Shown here piece after piece: positions 37,989 through 47,384 of a stretch of 64,000 nt of DNA (its first letter is position 1; every line of letters begins with the position of its first letter). The stretch is from a virus (Duplodnaviria > Heunggongvirae > Uroviricota > Caudoviricetes), in the IMG/VR virus record IMGVR_UViG_3300036982_001423, one strand, 5' to 3'. A program made the translations under genes and the position numbers. The notes beneath the pieces are model-generated. The model was not told where the DNA came from, did no database searches, and worked only from the letters and a program-made list of their open reading frames with translations.

Positions 37989-38574
37989 ACTAATATTATA
38001 TTGTCCGATCTGTGACATGAAAACCATGCATAAAAAAAAGGACGATTCGTTTTATACCGAAACACACACATTATCTTATTATAAATGTACCGTATGTGAT
38101 AAAATTGTATTATCTGACGGAAAACACGACAGAATAGTGTCAGGATTAATCGGTAATCTTCTATTCAAACTATTTTATGGTAACAGACGGAAAAAATTAG
38201 ATATGGCTCGGCATTTATATCACCTTACCCACGATCAGAACAAAATGTATGAAGATAACTTATCACGGCGTATAAATAAAGACGAAAATGATAAAGACGT
38301 ATTTTATGAAACGGGTTTAACGTTAGAAGAAATCATTAAACGTGAAGGACAAATATATGCAGATCAGCTCATTGATTGGTGTGTAGATAACGATTTAGGT
38401 AATGGTTCATACTGTCCGAGAACCGGGGGAAGTTATCGTCCGATACAAACATCCCCATTAAGATTTGAATATGTGAGTGGACGTAGGTATCATCGTGCAT
38501 TAGCACAGCAATTAGGTGCGACGGTAATCGTAGATAATATGGAGAAAGATGAAGTTAAACAAGGTGAGAAATAA
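37975..38574 (+). CDS. Zn-ribbon-containing protein
   Basis: CPICD...CTVCD at N-terminus; 199 aa. Confidence 0.6.
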   Translation: MKPDKLILYCPICDMKTMHKKKDDSFYTETHTLSYYKCTVCDKIVLSDGKHDRIVSGLIGNLLFKLFYGNRRKKLDMARHLYHLTHDQNKMYEDNLSRRINKDENDKDVFYETGLTLEEIIKREGQIYADQLIDWCVDNDLGNGSYCPRTGGSYRPIQTSPLRFEYVSGRRYHRALAQQLGATVIVDNMEKDEVKQGEK

Positions 38575-38786
38575 TGGTAACATGGGGCAACAAGAAAAAC
38601 ACGGTTAAATGTACTGGTAGTAAAAGACCGGGTATATTTTGTGAAGCATGTTTCCACGCAGAACCCCACGAAGAAAGTTTAGACTGCATATACAGAGAAG
38701 AAGCAATCAAACCAGAACGGCGACGTATTTGTAATTGTTTAAATTATCTTATTCGTTGCGAGGAAGTGAATAAAAATGACCTCTGA
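38574..38786 (+). CDS. Cys-rich hypothetical protein
   Basis: ATG overlaps stop; C...C...C..C. Confidence 0.5.
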   Translation: MVTWGNKKNTVKCTGSKRPGIFCEACFHAEPHEESLDCIYREEAIKPERRRICNCLNYLIRCEEVNKNDL

Positions 38787-39054
38787 AATCGACCTGCTAT
38801 TAGCCGAATTAAATACAGAAGAAACATTACTTTTAAATGATTGCCAAAGCAGATTTGAAACAATCGGGAGGATTGTAACCGTTGAGGGTTTTTGTCTGGA
38901 ACTGGTAATACGAATATCAGACCAGATAACTCGTGAACATGAAAGGATACTTGACAATATAGACTGCATAGAGCAAATTAAAAAAGAAAGGGCAGCAGCC
39001 AATACAACTAAAAATGCAATGATAAGGATGGGTAATAAAAATGTCAGATCATAA
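38776..39054 (+). CDS. hypothetical protein
   Basis: 92-aa ORF. Confidence 0.5.
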   Translation: MTSEIDLLLAELNTEETLLLNDCQSRFETIGRIVTVEGFCLELVIRISDQITREHERILDNIDCIEQIKKERAAANTTKNAMIRMGNKNVRS

Positions 39055-39343
39055 AAAAGGCGACCTGAAAGTATGGTGGATACCGCAAGTGCCGATGCAA
39101 GCATTTACCGTCAATGTAAAGAGCATACGGGAAGCGAAACTCTTGTTAAATACGTTAGGAAAATATGATATGTTTCAGTATCAGCACCGGATTAAACCGG
39201 ATTACTCTAACGCCGGGGGTTTGAACGTATATTCACCTGAAGATGCAGATGAAAACGGCGAATGTTGGGTAACGTGGTATAATGACGACGGTTCGGATAT
39301 TGATGAAGTAGATGAGGAAGGGAATACCGTATATGACGACTAA
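39041..39343 (+). CDS. hypothetical acidic protein
   Basis: 100-aa ORF. Confidence 0.5.
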   Translation: MSDHKKGDLKVWWIPQVPMQAFTVNVKSIREAKLLLNTLGKYDMFQYQHRIKPDYSNAGGLNVYSPEDADENGECWVTWYNDDGSDIDEVDEEGNTVYDD

Positions 39344-39971
39344 TAAGAAACTTGAAGGGTTCGTAGATGAACTTAACCCGACTACTATCATGGTATGCGG
39401 AAAAACGATCTATTTACCGCAGGATAAGCGGGGATATGTAAGTGAACAGAACTTATCGGTAGCTGATGCAGTTAGGATCACGTATACTCCAAAAGGCGAT
39501 ATAGTTACCATAGACCGGCTCTCAAAAGAGGATAAAGCCAAGTTAGGCAAACTACCGACTGTAGCGAAGATCATAGATGCAGAAGCCGAACAGAAAAAGA
39601 ATATGCATATAAACAATCCGACAACAGTTGCGCCACCAGCAACGGGCGTGTATATACAGCCGGAAGAGTCGAAAAAGGAGTCAACACCAACAGGAATGGA
39701 CTCGAATAAGGCTGTGCATATACAGAAACCAGAGGTTACGTGGATTACTGAACGGGAAAAGAACAACACGATTATATTAGAGTCGTTACTGGCAAGGTCA
39801 GTAGAGATCGTCAATGCAAATTACGTGGCATTCGATAATATTGGCAAAAGCCCGTCAGAGTTCATGGAAGTGTTGGATGCAAGATGCGTGTTGGTCGAGA
39901 GGATTACGGACAGGTTATTTGAATATGTGAAAAAGAAGGTGAAAGATGAACAAATCCATGACAACCTTTAA
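39333..39971 (+). CDS. hypothetical protein
   Basis: ATG overlapping upstream stop. Confidence 0.55.
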   Translation: MTTNKKLEGFVDELNPTTIMVCGKTIYLPQDKRGYVSEQNLSVADAVRITYTPKGDIVTIDRLSKEDKAKLGKLPTVAKIIDAEAEQKKNMHINNPTTVAPPATGVYIQPEESKKESTPTGMDSNKAVHIQKPEVTWITEREKNNTIILESLLARSVEIVNANYVAFDNIGKSPSEFMEVLDARCVLVERITDRLFEYVKKKVKDEQIHDNL

Positions 39972-40116
39972 CCCCGATGGAAACCACTGTCCGAAGTCGT
40001 GTTTATGTCCCATGTGCAAAAATGACAATGATTGCGATGCGGCTTGTGAAATATACTTATCTATGGTTAATGACTGCACCGAATGTGAAATCTGTAAGGC
40101 GCGAGGTAATCTATGA
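39958..40116 (+). CDS. small Cys-rich protein (52 aa)
   Basis: CPKSCLCPMC...CDAAC...CTECEIC. Confidence 0.45.
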   Translation: MTTFNPDGNHCPKSCLCPMCKNDNDCDAACEIYLSMVNDCTECEICKARGNL

Positions 40117-40322
40117 AAGGATATAGGAAAATAGACACATCCGATATAATTTTTGGTAGTGAAATGAATTTGTCTGATGATGATTTGTACAACCAAGAGG
40201 AACGCATGAGAAGTATCCTCGGTACAATAGCAACGTATGCAGAAGAAAAGAACTACCGTGATTTCGTGGTGGTTGTATATGCAAAAAGAGGCGAACCACG
40301 ACCGACCACGATGCGGAGATAG
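40113..40322 (+). CDS. hypothetical protein
   Basis: ATGA overlap. Confidence 0.5.
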   Translation: MKGYRKIDTSDIIFGSEMNLSDDDLYNQEERMRSILGTIATYAEEKNYRDFVVVVYAKRGEPRPTTMRR

Positions 40323-40327
40323 CAAAG

Positions 40328-40483
40328 ATGGAGAGGAAGGGGATTTTGAAAGTATTACGAGATCAACATGAAGTTTTCAAATCCGAATTAGATGATAAAG
40401 ACAACCCCTTCTCAATACAATACCGGGAAGGAAAAGAAAACGGGTTGCGTATAGCCATAATGGAAGTAGAAGCAAGGAGGTAA
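40328..40483 (+). CDS. small hypothetical protein (51 aa)
   Basis: fills gap before SD-led 40491 ORF. Confidence 0.4.
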   Translation: MERKGILKVLRDQHEVFKSELDDKDNPFSIQYREGKENGLRIAIMEVEARR

Positions 40484-40691
40484 TTAGACAATGACGGATT
40501 TTGAGAGTGGAATAGTAATAGGTGCAATAGTTGCAAATATAATATGGGTTATAGCATTAGCGATATTCATGCGTAACAACACTATCAAAGCGAGGGTATA
40601 AAATGATACCTTCGTATGAAAACATGTCCCTATTGGGAATATTAGATATGATAGGTCTTTTATTTTTCATGGCAACAATGGGGGGAGACGT

Positions 40692-40934
40692 GTGAACGAT
40701 TTAGATAAAGGAACTGTTGTATATGTGATATGGCTATTTTGCATGTTCTGTATTGTTTTCGGGATGGTATTTATAATGGAAACAAACAATATGCCTCAAA
40801 CAAATACCCCAAATATAGAAAAATACTATGAACGAGTAAACTTTTGTAACTCAAATCCCTGTATCTGTAGATGTGAATCGGCAGGTAATGGGGGATTAGA
40901 AGAATGTACACATCTATGTAGGGGGGGATATTGA
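40692..40934 (+). CDS. membrane protein with Cys-rich C-terminus
   Basis: TM helix then NPCICRCES...C..C. Confidence 0.5.
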   Translation: MNDLDKGTVVYVIWLFCMFCIVFGMVFIMETNNMPQTNTPNIEKYYERVNFCNSNPCICRCESAGNGGLEECTHLCRGGY

Positions 40935-41329
40935 TGACAAAAAGTAAAGTCAGAAATTACAGCGAAAAGAAAGCGAAACGGGCTTATAATCACCAACAGA
41001 CGTTAATCCGTAAACTCAACAGGTCGTTGAATAACCGCACGGATAGCGAGAAAGCGTGGAACACTGAAATATCAAAGATACAAAATGCATATGTATCTGT
41101 GGTATGTGATGAGTGTAAAAAACCGCACCAGATAGAGTTCAAGGATTGGCAGGCAGGGAAATATAACCGCACTTGCTATATATGTAGAACGAAACTGGAA
41201 AACGCAGAGAAACGGAAGATCGTAGCCCTAATCAAACCGCTATTACCGAAAGATTGCGAAGTGTTCGCAGATAATGACGGTTGGAAATATGGTGGGATTA
41301 AGATCGTAAAAACGAGTAAACCTATATGA
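40931..41329 (+). CDS. Zn-ribbon protein
   Basis: CDECKK...CYICRT. Confidence 0.55.
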   Translation: MMTKSKVRNYSEKKAKRAYNHQQTLIRKLNRSLNNRTDSEKAWNTEISKIQNAYVSVVCDECKKPHQIEFKDWQAGKYNRTCYICRTKLENAEKRKIVALIKPLLPKDCEVFADNDGWKYGGIKIVKTSKPI

Positions 41330-41541
41330 CCGACCACATAATCAGTGAGGATCAGTTATCCTCACTTAAAATAGGAGCACAAAAACAATTTGCACCCTCT
41401 CTTACAGACCCTCTTACGGATATCGAGATTGAAACATTACGAGAAATGATCAAACGTCATAGGCAAGAGATGAGAATATTGGCACACATAGAGCAATTTG
41501 AGAAAGAGGTTATGCCAGATGATTACTTCACTAAGTATTGA
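41326..41541 (+). CDS. hypothetical protein
   Basis: ATGA overlap. Confidence 0.5.
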   Translation: MTDHIISEDQLSSLKIGAQKQFAPSLTDPLTDIEIETLREMIKRHRQEMRILAHIEQFEKEVMPDDYFTKY

Positions 41542-41698
41542 CGAATTGAAAGCAGCAGGGATCATCAGCGACACGATCCTGAAGGGATTAAACAAACTGG
41601 AAATCCAGTATAACCGACACCCTGATAAAGAACCGTATAAACGAGAGTTTGTGTTGGGGTTATTGGTTGCATATGGAGAGGATGTGAAAACAAGATGA
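41519..41698 (+). CDS. hypothetical protein
   Basis: first ATG in frame of track ORF 41498. Confidence 0.45.
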   Translation: MITSLSIDELKAAGIISDTILKGLNKLEIQYNRHPDKEPYKREFVLGLLVAYGEDVKTR

Positions 41699-41934
41699 GC
41701 GATTATTGGACGAAAGAAAGATTTATAGATATCGGTATCGCAGGAATCAGCATTTTCATCATGATATTCATATTTATGGTATTTCTTGCGTGGATTAATA
41801 ACGACCTATCATGGAACACGGTAACCATGAGCGCACAATTCGCAATCGGATTAGATGCACTCGCAATGTGTGTCGGGGCATTAGGGGCAATATGTCGTAA
41901 TGATAAAAACCGGGATGTGAAAGATGTATCCTGA
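41695..41934 (+). CDS. membrane protein
   Basis: two TM helices. Confidence 0.55.
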   Translation: MSDYWTKERFIDIGIAGISIFIMIFIFMVFLAWINNDLSWNTVTMSAQFAIGLDALAMCVGALGAICRNDKNRDVKDVS

Positions 41935-42109
41935 TCACTCCTTTGAAATTACGCTGATATTCACGAAAGATGAACTTGCAGAAGTGATGGATGCATATAC
42001 ATATGGAAAGCACGACCACGAACAGATCGCAGATTATTTGCGGAGGTCTTTCGTAGAAGCCGCAAAGTTAAGCAAAACATTAAGAGGCAGTACAGTGAAG
42101 TGTTTTTGA
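41924..42109 (+). CDS. hypothetical protein
   Basis: 61-aa ORF. Confidence 0.45.
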   Translation: MYPDHSFEITLIFTKDELAEVMDAYTYGKHDHEQIADYLRRSFVEAAKLSKTLRGSTVKCF

Positions 42110-42543
42110 TGGGTCGCGATGTATGTTTCTTCGATGATGAAGATGGACAAACTGCGCTTTGCTTGAACGAAGGTAAAGGCGTATACTGTAAGGATTGTAA
42201 TATGAACCCCTTCCCTAATAGGATTGTACCGGACGACCGGGTATTGAGGAGAGTAAATATGTCACCATGCGAATATGAACTAATGAGCGACAGCGAATAC
42301 AATGAGATGATAAAAGGCAGGGCAGATCATTATCCGCACCGCACCAGAGGCAGGCATCAGGCAATGAAAGCCGTGCATAAAACCAGTGCATATGCAGTTG
42401 AATACGAACTGATCTCCGCAGAAGATTATGCAAATATGACCGTAGGTGAACACCGTTTCCCACGGTCACGTTCAAACGGTTTAAAGAGAGGCAGAGGATT
42501 TACCCGGTTGAGGTTTAGTCTGAGAAACCCGCGTCGGAGATGA
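42109..42543 (+). CDS. Cys-containing hypothetical protein
   Basis: ATG at 42109 (track ORF starts GTG 42100). Confidence 0.5.
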   Translation: MGRDVCFFDDEDGQTALCLNEGKGVYCKDCNMNPFPNRIVPDDRVLRRVNMSPCEYELMSDSEYNEMIKGRADHYPHRTRGRHQAMKAVHKTSAYAVEYELISAEDYANMTVGEHRFPRSRSNGLKRGRGFTRLRFSLRNPRRR

Positions 42544-42549
42544 ACAGGT

Positions 42550-43179
42550 ATGGCATTGGGTCAGAAAAAACCCGCAGACCATATTTCCCGGTACAAGACA
42601 TTAGCCATCCGTGATGAACAGACCGGAACTATCATAGGGTATAGAAACAATCCGGAATATGTATCCACCATGCCTTTCGACCCTATGGACAATCTAAAGT
42701 TCGCATGCACGAAATACCCGGAACGGGTATACGACGATGTATTCTGTGAATACAAAGGCGATAAGGGTATGGGTGCATGTGAAGATTGTCAATATCTGGT
42801 AACAATTAACAATGCACACGGGAATTGTGAACACGAACAGATAATTTACGGTGAAGATTCGATCTGCGTATTATCCAATCGCAGGGTATGTTTTGAAGAA
42901 TGTTTGGATTGTCCCTCATTTGAACAGTATACGGGGAAAAAGATATTACGAGCAAAACCCACAACCGAAAAAACCATCTGTGTACAAACCGTAAATAGAA
43001 CGATTGATAATTCCCGCATAAATAAACCATGTCCGTATAAAGTAAATGGCGAATGTGGTAACTGTGGGGGTTTAGTGCATATAAACAGTAAAGAACCAGT
43101 AGTAAAAAAACCCGTAGAACCGTTAACTGATCTGGAACTACTGGATATTATCGGGGAAACCGGATTGGAGATATCATGA
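42550..43179 (+). CDS. Cys-rich protein with C-terminal LDIIGETGLEIS tag (family of 3)
   Basis: Many Cys; C-terminal tag as in 27200..27502 and 53166..53720. Confidence 0.6.
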   Translation: MALGQKKPADHISRYKTLAIRDEQTGTIIGYRNNPEYVSTMPFDPMDNLKFACTKYPERVYDDVFCEYKGDKGMGACEDCQYLVTINNAHGNCEHEQIIYGEDSICVLSNRRVCFEECLDCPSFEQYTGKKILRAKPTTEKTICVQTVNRTIDNSRINKPCPYKVNGECGNCGGLVHINSKEPVVKKPVEPLTDLELLDIIGETGLEIS

Positions 43180-43316
43180 AAGACGACAAAAAGAAATGTC
43201 CGAAATGTAATGCGCAGATGAACATCGTTAAACGCAAGTCGGTGATGTTGGGGAATATGATGAGTATCCTCCAATGCCCGTCATGTTATTACGAAACATT
43301 TTACGACTGTAAATAA
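43176..43316 (+). CDS. small Zn-ribbon protein (46 aa)
   Basis: CPKCN...CPSC; ATGA overlap. Confidence 0.5.
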   Translation: MKDDKKKCPKCNAQMNIVKRKSVMLGNMMSILQCPSCYYETFYDCK

Positions 43317-43333
43317 AAAGGAGTGTATAAATT

Positions 43334-43780
43334 ATGTCAGGAAAGGAAGAACTTAACGAAACGAATGAGATACTGTATGGAAAGAAGAACGCAAAGCCGG
43401 TAACTGATATTGTTACTAACGGTAAACCAGAGAAGGTCAAGACTGGCGGCGACGAACTGATGGATGAGATTTTGTATGGAAAGAAGAAATCTAAAGTTGC
43501 CAGTGGAGAGCCGAAAGCAAAGACTGATGGCGATGAGCTGATGGACGAAATCTTGTATGGCAAGAAGAAACCCAAGAAATCAGGCGACCCGACAGAAACC
43601 AAAGAACCGAAAGCAAAGACTGATGGCGAAGACCTGATGGATGAAATCTTGTATGGCAAGAAGAAACCCAAGAAATCTTCGGATAAGAACTATGTCGAAG
43701 CCATGACAGATGAGTTAGTTAAAGATGCGCCGAAACCAAAAGGCAAGAAGTTTGACAGGGATGAATATTTCGGGCTGTGA
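43334..43780 (+). CDS. tandem-repeat protein (4 x EILYGKKK / DELMDEILYGKKK units)
   Basis: SD AAAAGGAGTGTATAAATT-ATG; four repeats visible in translation and DNA. Confidence 0.6.
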   Translation: MSGKEELNETNEILYGKKNAKPVTDIVTNGKPEKVKTGGDELMDEILYGKKKSKVASGEPKAKTDGDELMDEILYGKKKPKKSGDPTETKEPKAKTDGEDLMDEILYGKKKPKKSSDKNYVEAMTDELVKDAPKPKGKKFDRDEYFGL

Positions 43781-44238
43781 ACCTGATGAGTGATGAGGTT
43801 GTAATCAAATACATCGAAGATGAAACGATTTTGTTAGAAGATACATATACATCTATTTTTACAATGAAAAGCGGGATTAAAGCGGGGATTGCGTTTCTGT
43901 GTTTTACAGTATTATTTTATGGAATAGGTTTATTTGCCTATACTCTTACAGCAAACCCCACCCCAATACCTATCATAAACTTTGTTATTATGGGTTTAAT
44001 AGTGACTGTATTATTAGCCGTTATGGGCGGTTCATTTAATGAAGAAATCCCTGCGTATGTAGTTAGATTACAAGGTCGATACAACACTCGCAGAGAAATC
44101 AAAAAAACTACGCCGGGTAATGATCAAATAGCGATATGTAGGGCGGCGAAGCAACTGGAAGCCGAAGCATGGGTGATTGTTAAGAAAGATCGTGAACTTG
44201 AACTAATCGCACAGAATTGTAACAAGGAGGTAAAATAA
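43777..44238 (+). CDS. membrane protein
   Basis: several TM helices. Confidence 0.55.
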   Translation: MNLMSDEVVIKYIEDETILLEDTYTSIFTMKSGIKAGIAFLCFTVLFYGIGLFAYTLTANPTPIPIINFVIMGLIVTVLLAVMGGSFNEEIPAYVVRLQGRYNTRREIKKTTPGNDQIAICRAAKQLEAEAWVIVKKDRELELIAQNCNKEVK

Positions 44239-44240
44239 CT

Positions 44241-45047
44241 ATGGAATTAAGTTTATCATTTTTAGCACAGTTTCGGAACTATTACGGCAAACCGTTTGAG
44301 ATCGTATCCGGGCGTAATGCATATACATTTGACAAAGACCGACATGCGAAGATGTTAGAGAAAGACGGTATTTATCTACTGTTAGAGAACCCGCCGCAAG
44401 ACAATCTGAAATACAAGTATGACAAAGCGTTGTTCATCGCTGCAAGGACGGCAGATAAATTCTTCCCGACAAATGATCCGGCGAAAGTCAAAGCCAGTTT
44501 CCATTTAGGCGCAGATAAGATGCGGTTTGAATTTCATCAGCAGATGCACAAACTGTATCAGACGCAAGCGTGTGTCTTAAAAGTAGTTAATTTCGATAAC
44601 ACCCGTAGGGATTACAGGATTGACCGGAAAGATTACGATTATCTGGTTAAGAACGACGGCGTGTTTGTATTCATCTATGTAGTAGGCGACAAACCGAACC
44701 TGATTATGGAAGTCGCCACACTGGCAGCGAAAAGCATAGTTGGGTTTAAGGATACTACGAAAAGTTCCCTGACGTTGCATTTCGAGTTGAGTGTATATAC
44801 ACTAAAGATGTTAGACGACCTCAAGATTAGATCGTTATTGACGAAAGAACCGAAAGTTCCCGCAGCCGTTGTAGAAACACAACCTGATGTATACCCAATG
44901 CCAGCAGAACAGATTGGGCAGACTACCTTCAAGGATGTAGATAATTATTTGGCGAAAGGATTACCAATAACTATTATCTTACCGGAAGGCAAGACAGAGT
45001 TAATCTTAACATGTACGATAATCAAACAAGAACGGAGAGCCGTATAA
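44241..45047 (+). CDS. hypothetical protein
   Basis: SD AACAAGGAGGTAAAATAACT-ATG; 268 aa. Confidence 0.6.
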   Translation: MELSLSFLAQFRNYYGKPFEIVSGRNAYTFDKDRHAKMLEKDGIYLLLENPPQDNLKYKYDKALFIAARTADKFFPTNDPAKVKASFHLGADKMRFEFHQQMHKLYQTQACVLKVVNFDNTRRDYRIDRKDYDYLVKNDGVFVFIYVVGDKPNLIMEVATLAAKSIVGFKDTTKSSLTLHFELSVYTLKMLDDLKIRSLLTKEPKVPAAVVETQPDVYPMPAEQIGQTTFKDVDNYLAKGLPITIILPEGKTELILTCTIIKQERRAV

Positions 45048-45250
45048 TGTTTGGAAACGTCCAACCGAATTTTGATATCACAACTACCCCACTTTTTGAG
45101 AAAGCCGTAGCGTGGTGGGAAGGGTATCGTCCGTGTGCATATACATTAGAGAAACACATGGCACGTCCGGGTATCAATATCCCTGATACCGCAGGTCAAG
45201 AGTTAGCTATTGAAATTGCGAGTATATTGAAAAACATGGAGAAACATTAA
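45047..45250 (+). CDS. hypothetical protein
   Basis: TAATG overlap. Confidence 0.5.
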   Translation: MFGNVQPNFDITTTPLFEKAVAWWEGYRPCAYTLEKHMARPGINIPDTAGQELAIEIASILKNMEKH

Positions 45251-45616
45251 ATGACAGACCGAGATAAAAGCGGGAGGTTCGTTAAGAAACAAGAACCGCC
45301 AGTATCGCAACCGAAGTATCCACATACAGAAGGGATATATTCAGCCATTCAGTATAAGGATAAACAGAAACAGAAATCATCAAATCTATTCTTAACTGGC
45401 ACAGTAATAGTAGCGTTATTTCTGGCTTTAGCATTAGGTTTGTTTCTCGGTATGGAATCCACAAAGAACCCGAATATCAGTAACAACGCAACGATGAAAC
45501 AGTATAATCAAGCACTGATACTTAACACCCAAAAAGAACTGATTGGTCAGATCATCGATTATGAAATAATGTATGGTTCAGGGTCAGTTAGGTGGAATGT
45601 GGGCGTAGACTTTTAA
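45251..45616 (+). CDS. membrane protein
   Basis: TM helix LFLTGTVIVALFLALALGLFLG. Confidence 0.55.
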   Translation: MTDRDKSGRFVKKQEPPVSQPKYPHTEGIYSAIQYKDKQKQKSSNLFLTGTVIVALFLALALGLFLGMESTKNPNISNNATMKQYNQALILNTQKELIGQIIDYEIMYGSGSVRWNVGVDF

Positions 45617-45719
45617 CTAAACAGGCGGGAAGCCCCCCGCGCAAGATGGGGGATGAAAACCATCACCCTATCAACAGAATCTATTAAATACTAATAAGTG
45701 TTATAACTGGTATCAAATT

Positions 45720-45860
45720 ATGAAAAACTATACAAAAGTAACTAAAAAGATCGACTGTAACCACAGGATACGGTTTGACAACACAGCATTGAGAGCTGCG
45801 GAAGCAGATAGTGGTGATACATTAGAGATATTATTCAAAGTGATCAAGAAAAAGGATTGA
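45720..45860 (+). CDS. small SpoVT/AbrB-like (swapped-hairpin) DNA-binding protein
   Basis: KVTKKIDCNHRIRFDNTALRAAEADSGDTLEI resembles the AbrB/MazE fold signature; stop overlaps tnpB start. Confidence 0.45.
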   Translation: MKNYTKVTKKIDCNHRIRFDNTALRAAEADSGDTLEILFKVIKKKD

Positions 45861-45861
45861 G

Positions 45862-46920
45862 ATGATCTTAACCTTCAAACTCAAGCATGAACAGAACTAT
45901 GATAGTCTGTTAAAGAAAGCGTTTGAAGTAGCGGAGTTTACGGTTGCTAATAAGATCCGATCCCCGAACACTACGTTTGTTAAAGATATACGGGGAGATT
46001 TACCGTCAATGATAGCATGTCAGGTGATGAAAAAGTATGGTCATCAGAAAACGATCAAAGCAGTTCACAATGCCAACTTAATTATACCGGGACAGGGTGT
46101 AAAGTATATTGAAGAAACGAACTCTATTTGGATACCGTGTCTGAAACTACATTTAGAGAATACTATTAATCGGACTTTCAGTAAGATCAACCAAGTAGAA
46201 GTTGACCGAGAGTTTGCGTATATTTCATGCACTGTAGCAGAACTACCGGAGATGATACCCTATGAAAATATCATAGGAGTTGACAGGAACACAACCGGAC
46301 ACATAGCCGTATCAGCGAACTTAACTACAGGTCAGGTAAGGATGATGGGTAAGAAAGCCCAACACCTCCATACAAAATACCGACAGTTAAGAACGGCTAT
46401 GCAAAAGGACGGACAGTATCGCAAGGTTGAACGGATCAAGAGCCGTGAAAGCCGGATCGTGAAGGACTTAAACCATAAGATCAGTCGTAAACTGGTTGAT
46501 ATGGCGAAAGTCCAACATGCAGCATTAGTATTCGAAAAACTGACGGGTATTCGAAATACTAAAAAACAATCCCGTTCATTCAAGCCATCCCTGCACAGTT
46601 GGTCATTCTATCAACTACAAACGTTCATAGAATACAAAGCCAAGCTGCTCGGAGTGCCTGTTATATACGTTGATCCCGCATACACTAGTCAAGACTGTTC
46701 TAAATGCGGTACAAGAGGACAACGATATAAAAAGGTGTTTAAGTGTCCTGCTTGTGGACACGCAGATCATGCAGACGTTAATGCAGCGTTCAATATTGCA
46801 AAACGTCAACAAACCATGATCGCTCGTATACAGACAAAGATGTGTACGATGGGAGCACTGATCTCCCACGACGACGCTCTGTTCGAACGCGAACACCGTT
46901 TAGAACCCCACGGTCTTTAG
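45862..46920 (+). CDS. tnpB: TnpB (IS200/IS605 OrfB) RuvC-like RNA-guided nuclease
   Basis: RuvC-I GVDRNT, RuvC-II E in LVFEKL, Zn finger CSKCG...CPACGH, RuvC-III HADVNAAFNIAKR. Confidence 0.85.
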   Translation: MILTFKLKHEQNYDSLLKKAFEVAEFTVANKIRSPNTTFVKDIRGDLPSMIACQVMKKYGHQKTIKAVHNANLIIPGQGVKYIEETNSIWIPCLKLHLENTINRTFSKINQVEVDREFAYISCTVAELPEMIPYENIIGVDRNTTGHIAVSANLTTGQVRMMGKKAQHLHTKYRQLRTAMQKDGQYRKVERIKSRESRIVKDLNHKISRKLVDMAKVQHAALVFEKLTGIRNTKKQSRSFKPSLHSWSFYQLQTFIEYKAKLLGVPVIYVDPAYTSQDCSKCGTRGQRYKKVFKCPACGHADHADVNAAFNIAKRQQTMIARIQTKMCTMGALISHDDALFEREHRLEPHGL

Positions 46921-46938
46921 ACGTGGGAGTAGGTCAGT
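46850..46938 (+). ncRNA. candidate omega-RNA (TnpB guide RNA scaffold) / IS right end; extent uncertain
   Basis: CTCCCACG (46863..46870) pairs with CGTGGGAG (46922..46929); inner hairpin CCCACG-gtctttaga-CGTGGG spans the tnpB stop codon. Confidence 0.3.
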
Positions 46939-47112
46939 ATGACTATAACATTAAAGCGTAGTACCTTTAACAAACCGGGTAACGTAATTATCGGGAAAGG
47001 CGACCCGATGTTTACCCCAACCCCGGAGAAACTCCGACAGTGGCGTGAACTTACGCACGAACCGGAGTGGAAAGTAGCGCAACGTAAAAAAGACAGAGCA
47101 TTTGATTGGTGA
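46939..47112 (+). CDS. small protein, paralog of 14081..14236
   Basis: MTITLKRSTFNKPGNVIIGKGDP vs MITLRKINHKREGGLIIGKGDP. Confidence 0.5.
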   Translation: MTITLKRSTFNKPGNVIIGKGDPMFTPTPEKLRQWRELTHEPEWKVAQRKKDRAFDW

Positions 47113-47117
47113 ACTTT

Positions 47118-47384
47118 ATGGCAGTCTTAACAGCAAAAAGAGTAAAAGAACTAAATGTGATTTTGAAACAGCACCGTCCAGACAAATATGCAGAAGGATG
47201 GCGAGCAACAGCAGAAGGGTGGCAACCAACCGCAGCAATCATCGCTGCATATAAACCGAGGAAAACTCCGTGCCGATACTGTGGGAATAAAACCTTTAAT
47301 TTTGCCGGATTGGGTACGGAAGTAACTCCAATGTGGGAATGTAAGAAATGTGATGCGTTACATAACGCCAGTCGAAAAAAATAA
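47118..47384 (+). CDS. Zn-ribbon protein
   Basis: CRYCGN...CKKCD. Confidence 0.55.
   Translation: MAVLTAKRVKELNVILKQHRPDKYAEGWRATAEGWQPTAAIIAAYKPRKTPCRYCGNKTFNFAGLGTEVTPMWECKKCDALHNASRKK

Larger units (their letters stand above)
45620..46938 (+). mobile_element. IS200/IS605-family (IS1341-like, tnpB-only) element; boundaries approximate
   Basis: Left-end hairpin CCCCC-gcgcaagat-GGGGG (45634..45652), AbrB-like small ORF, intact tnpB, right-end hairpins straddling the tnpB stop; no tnpA (HUH) gene. Confidence 0.55.
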
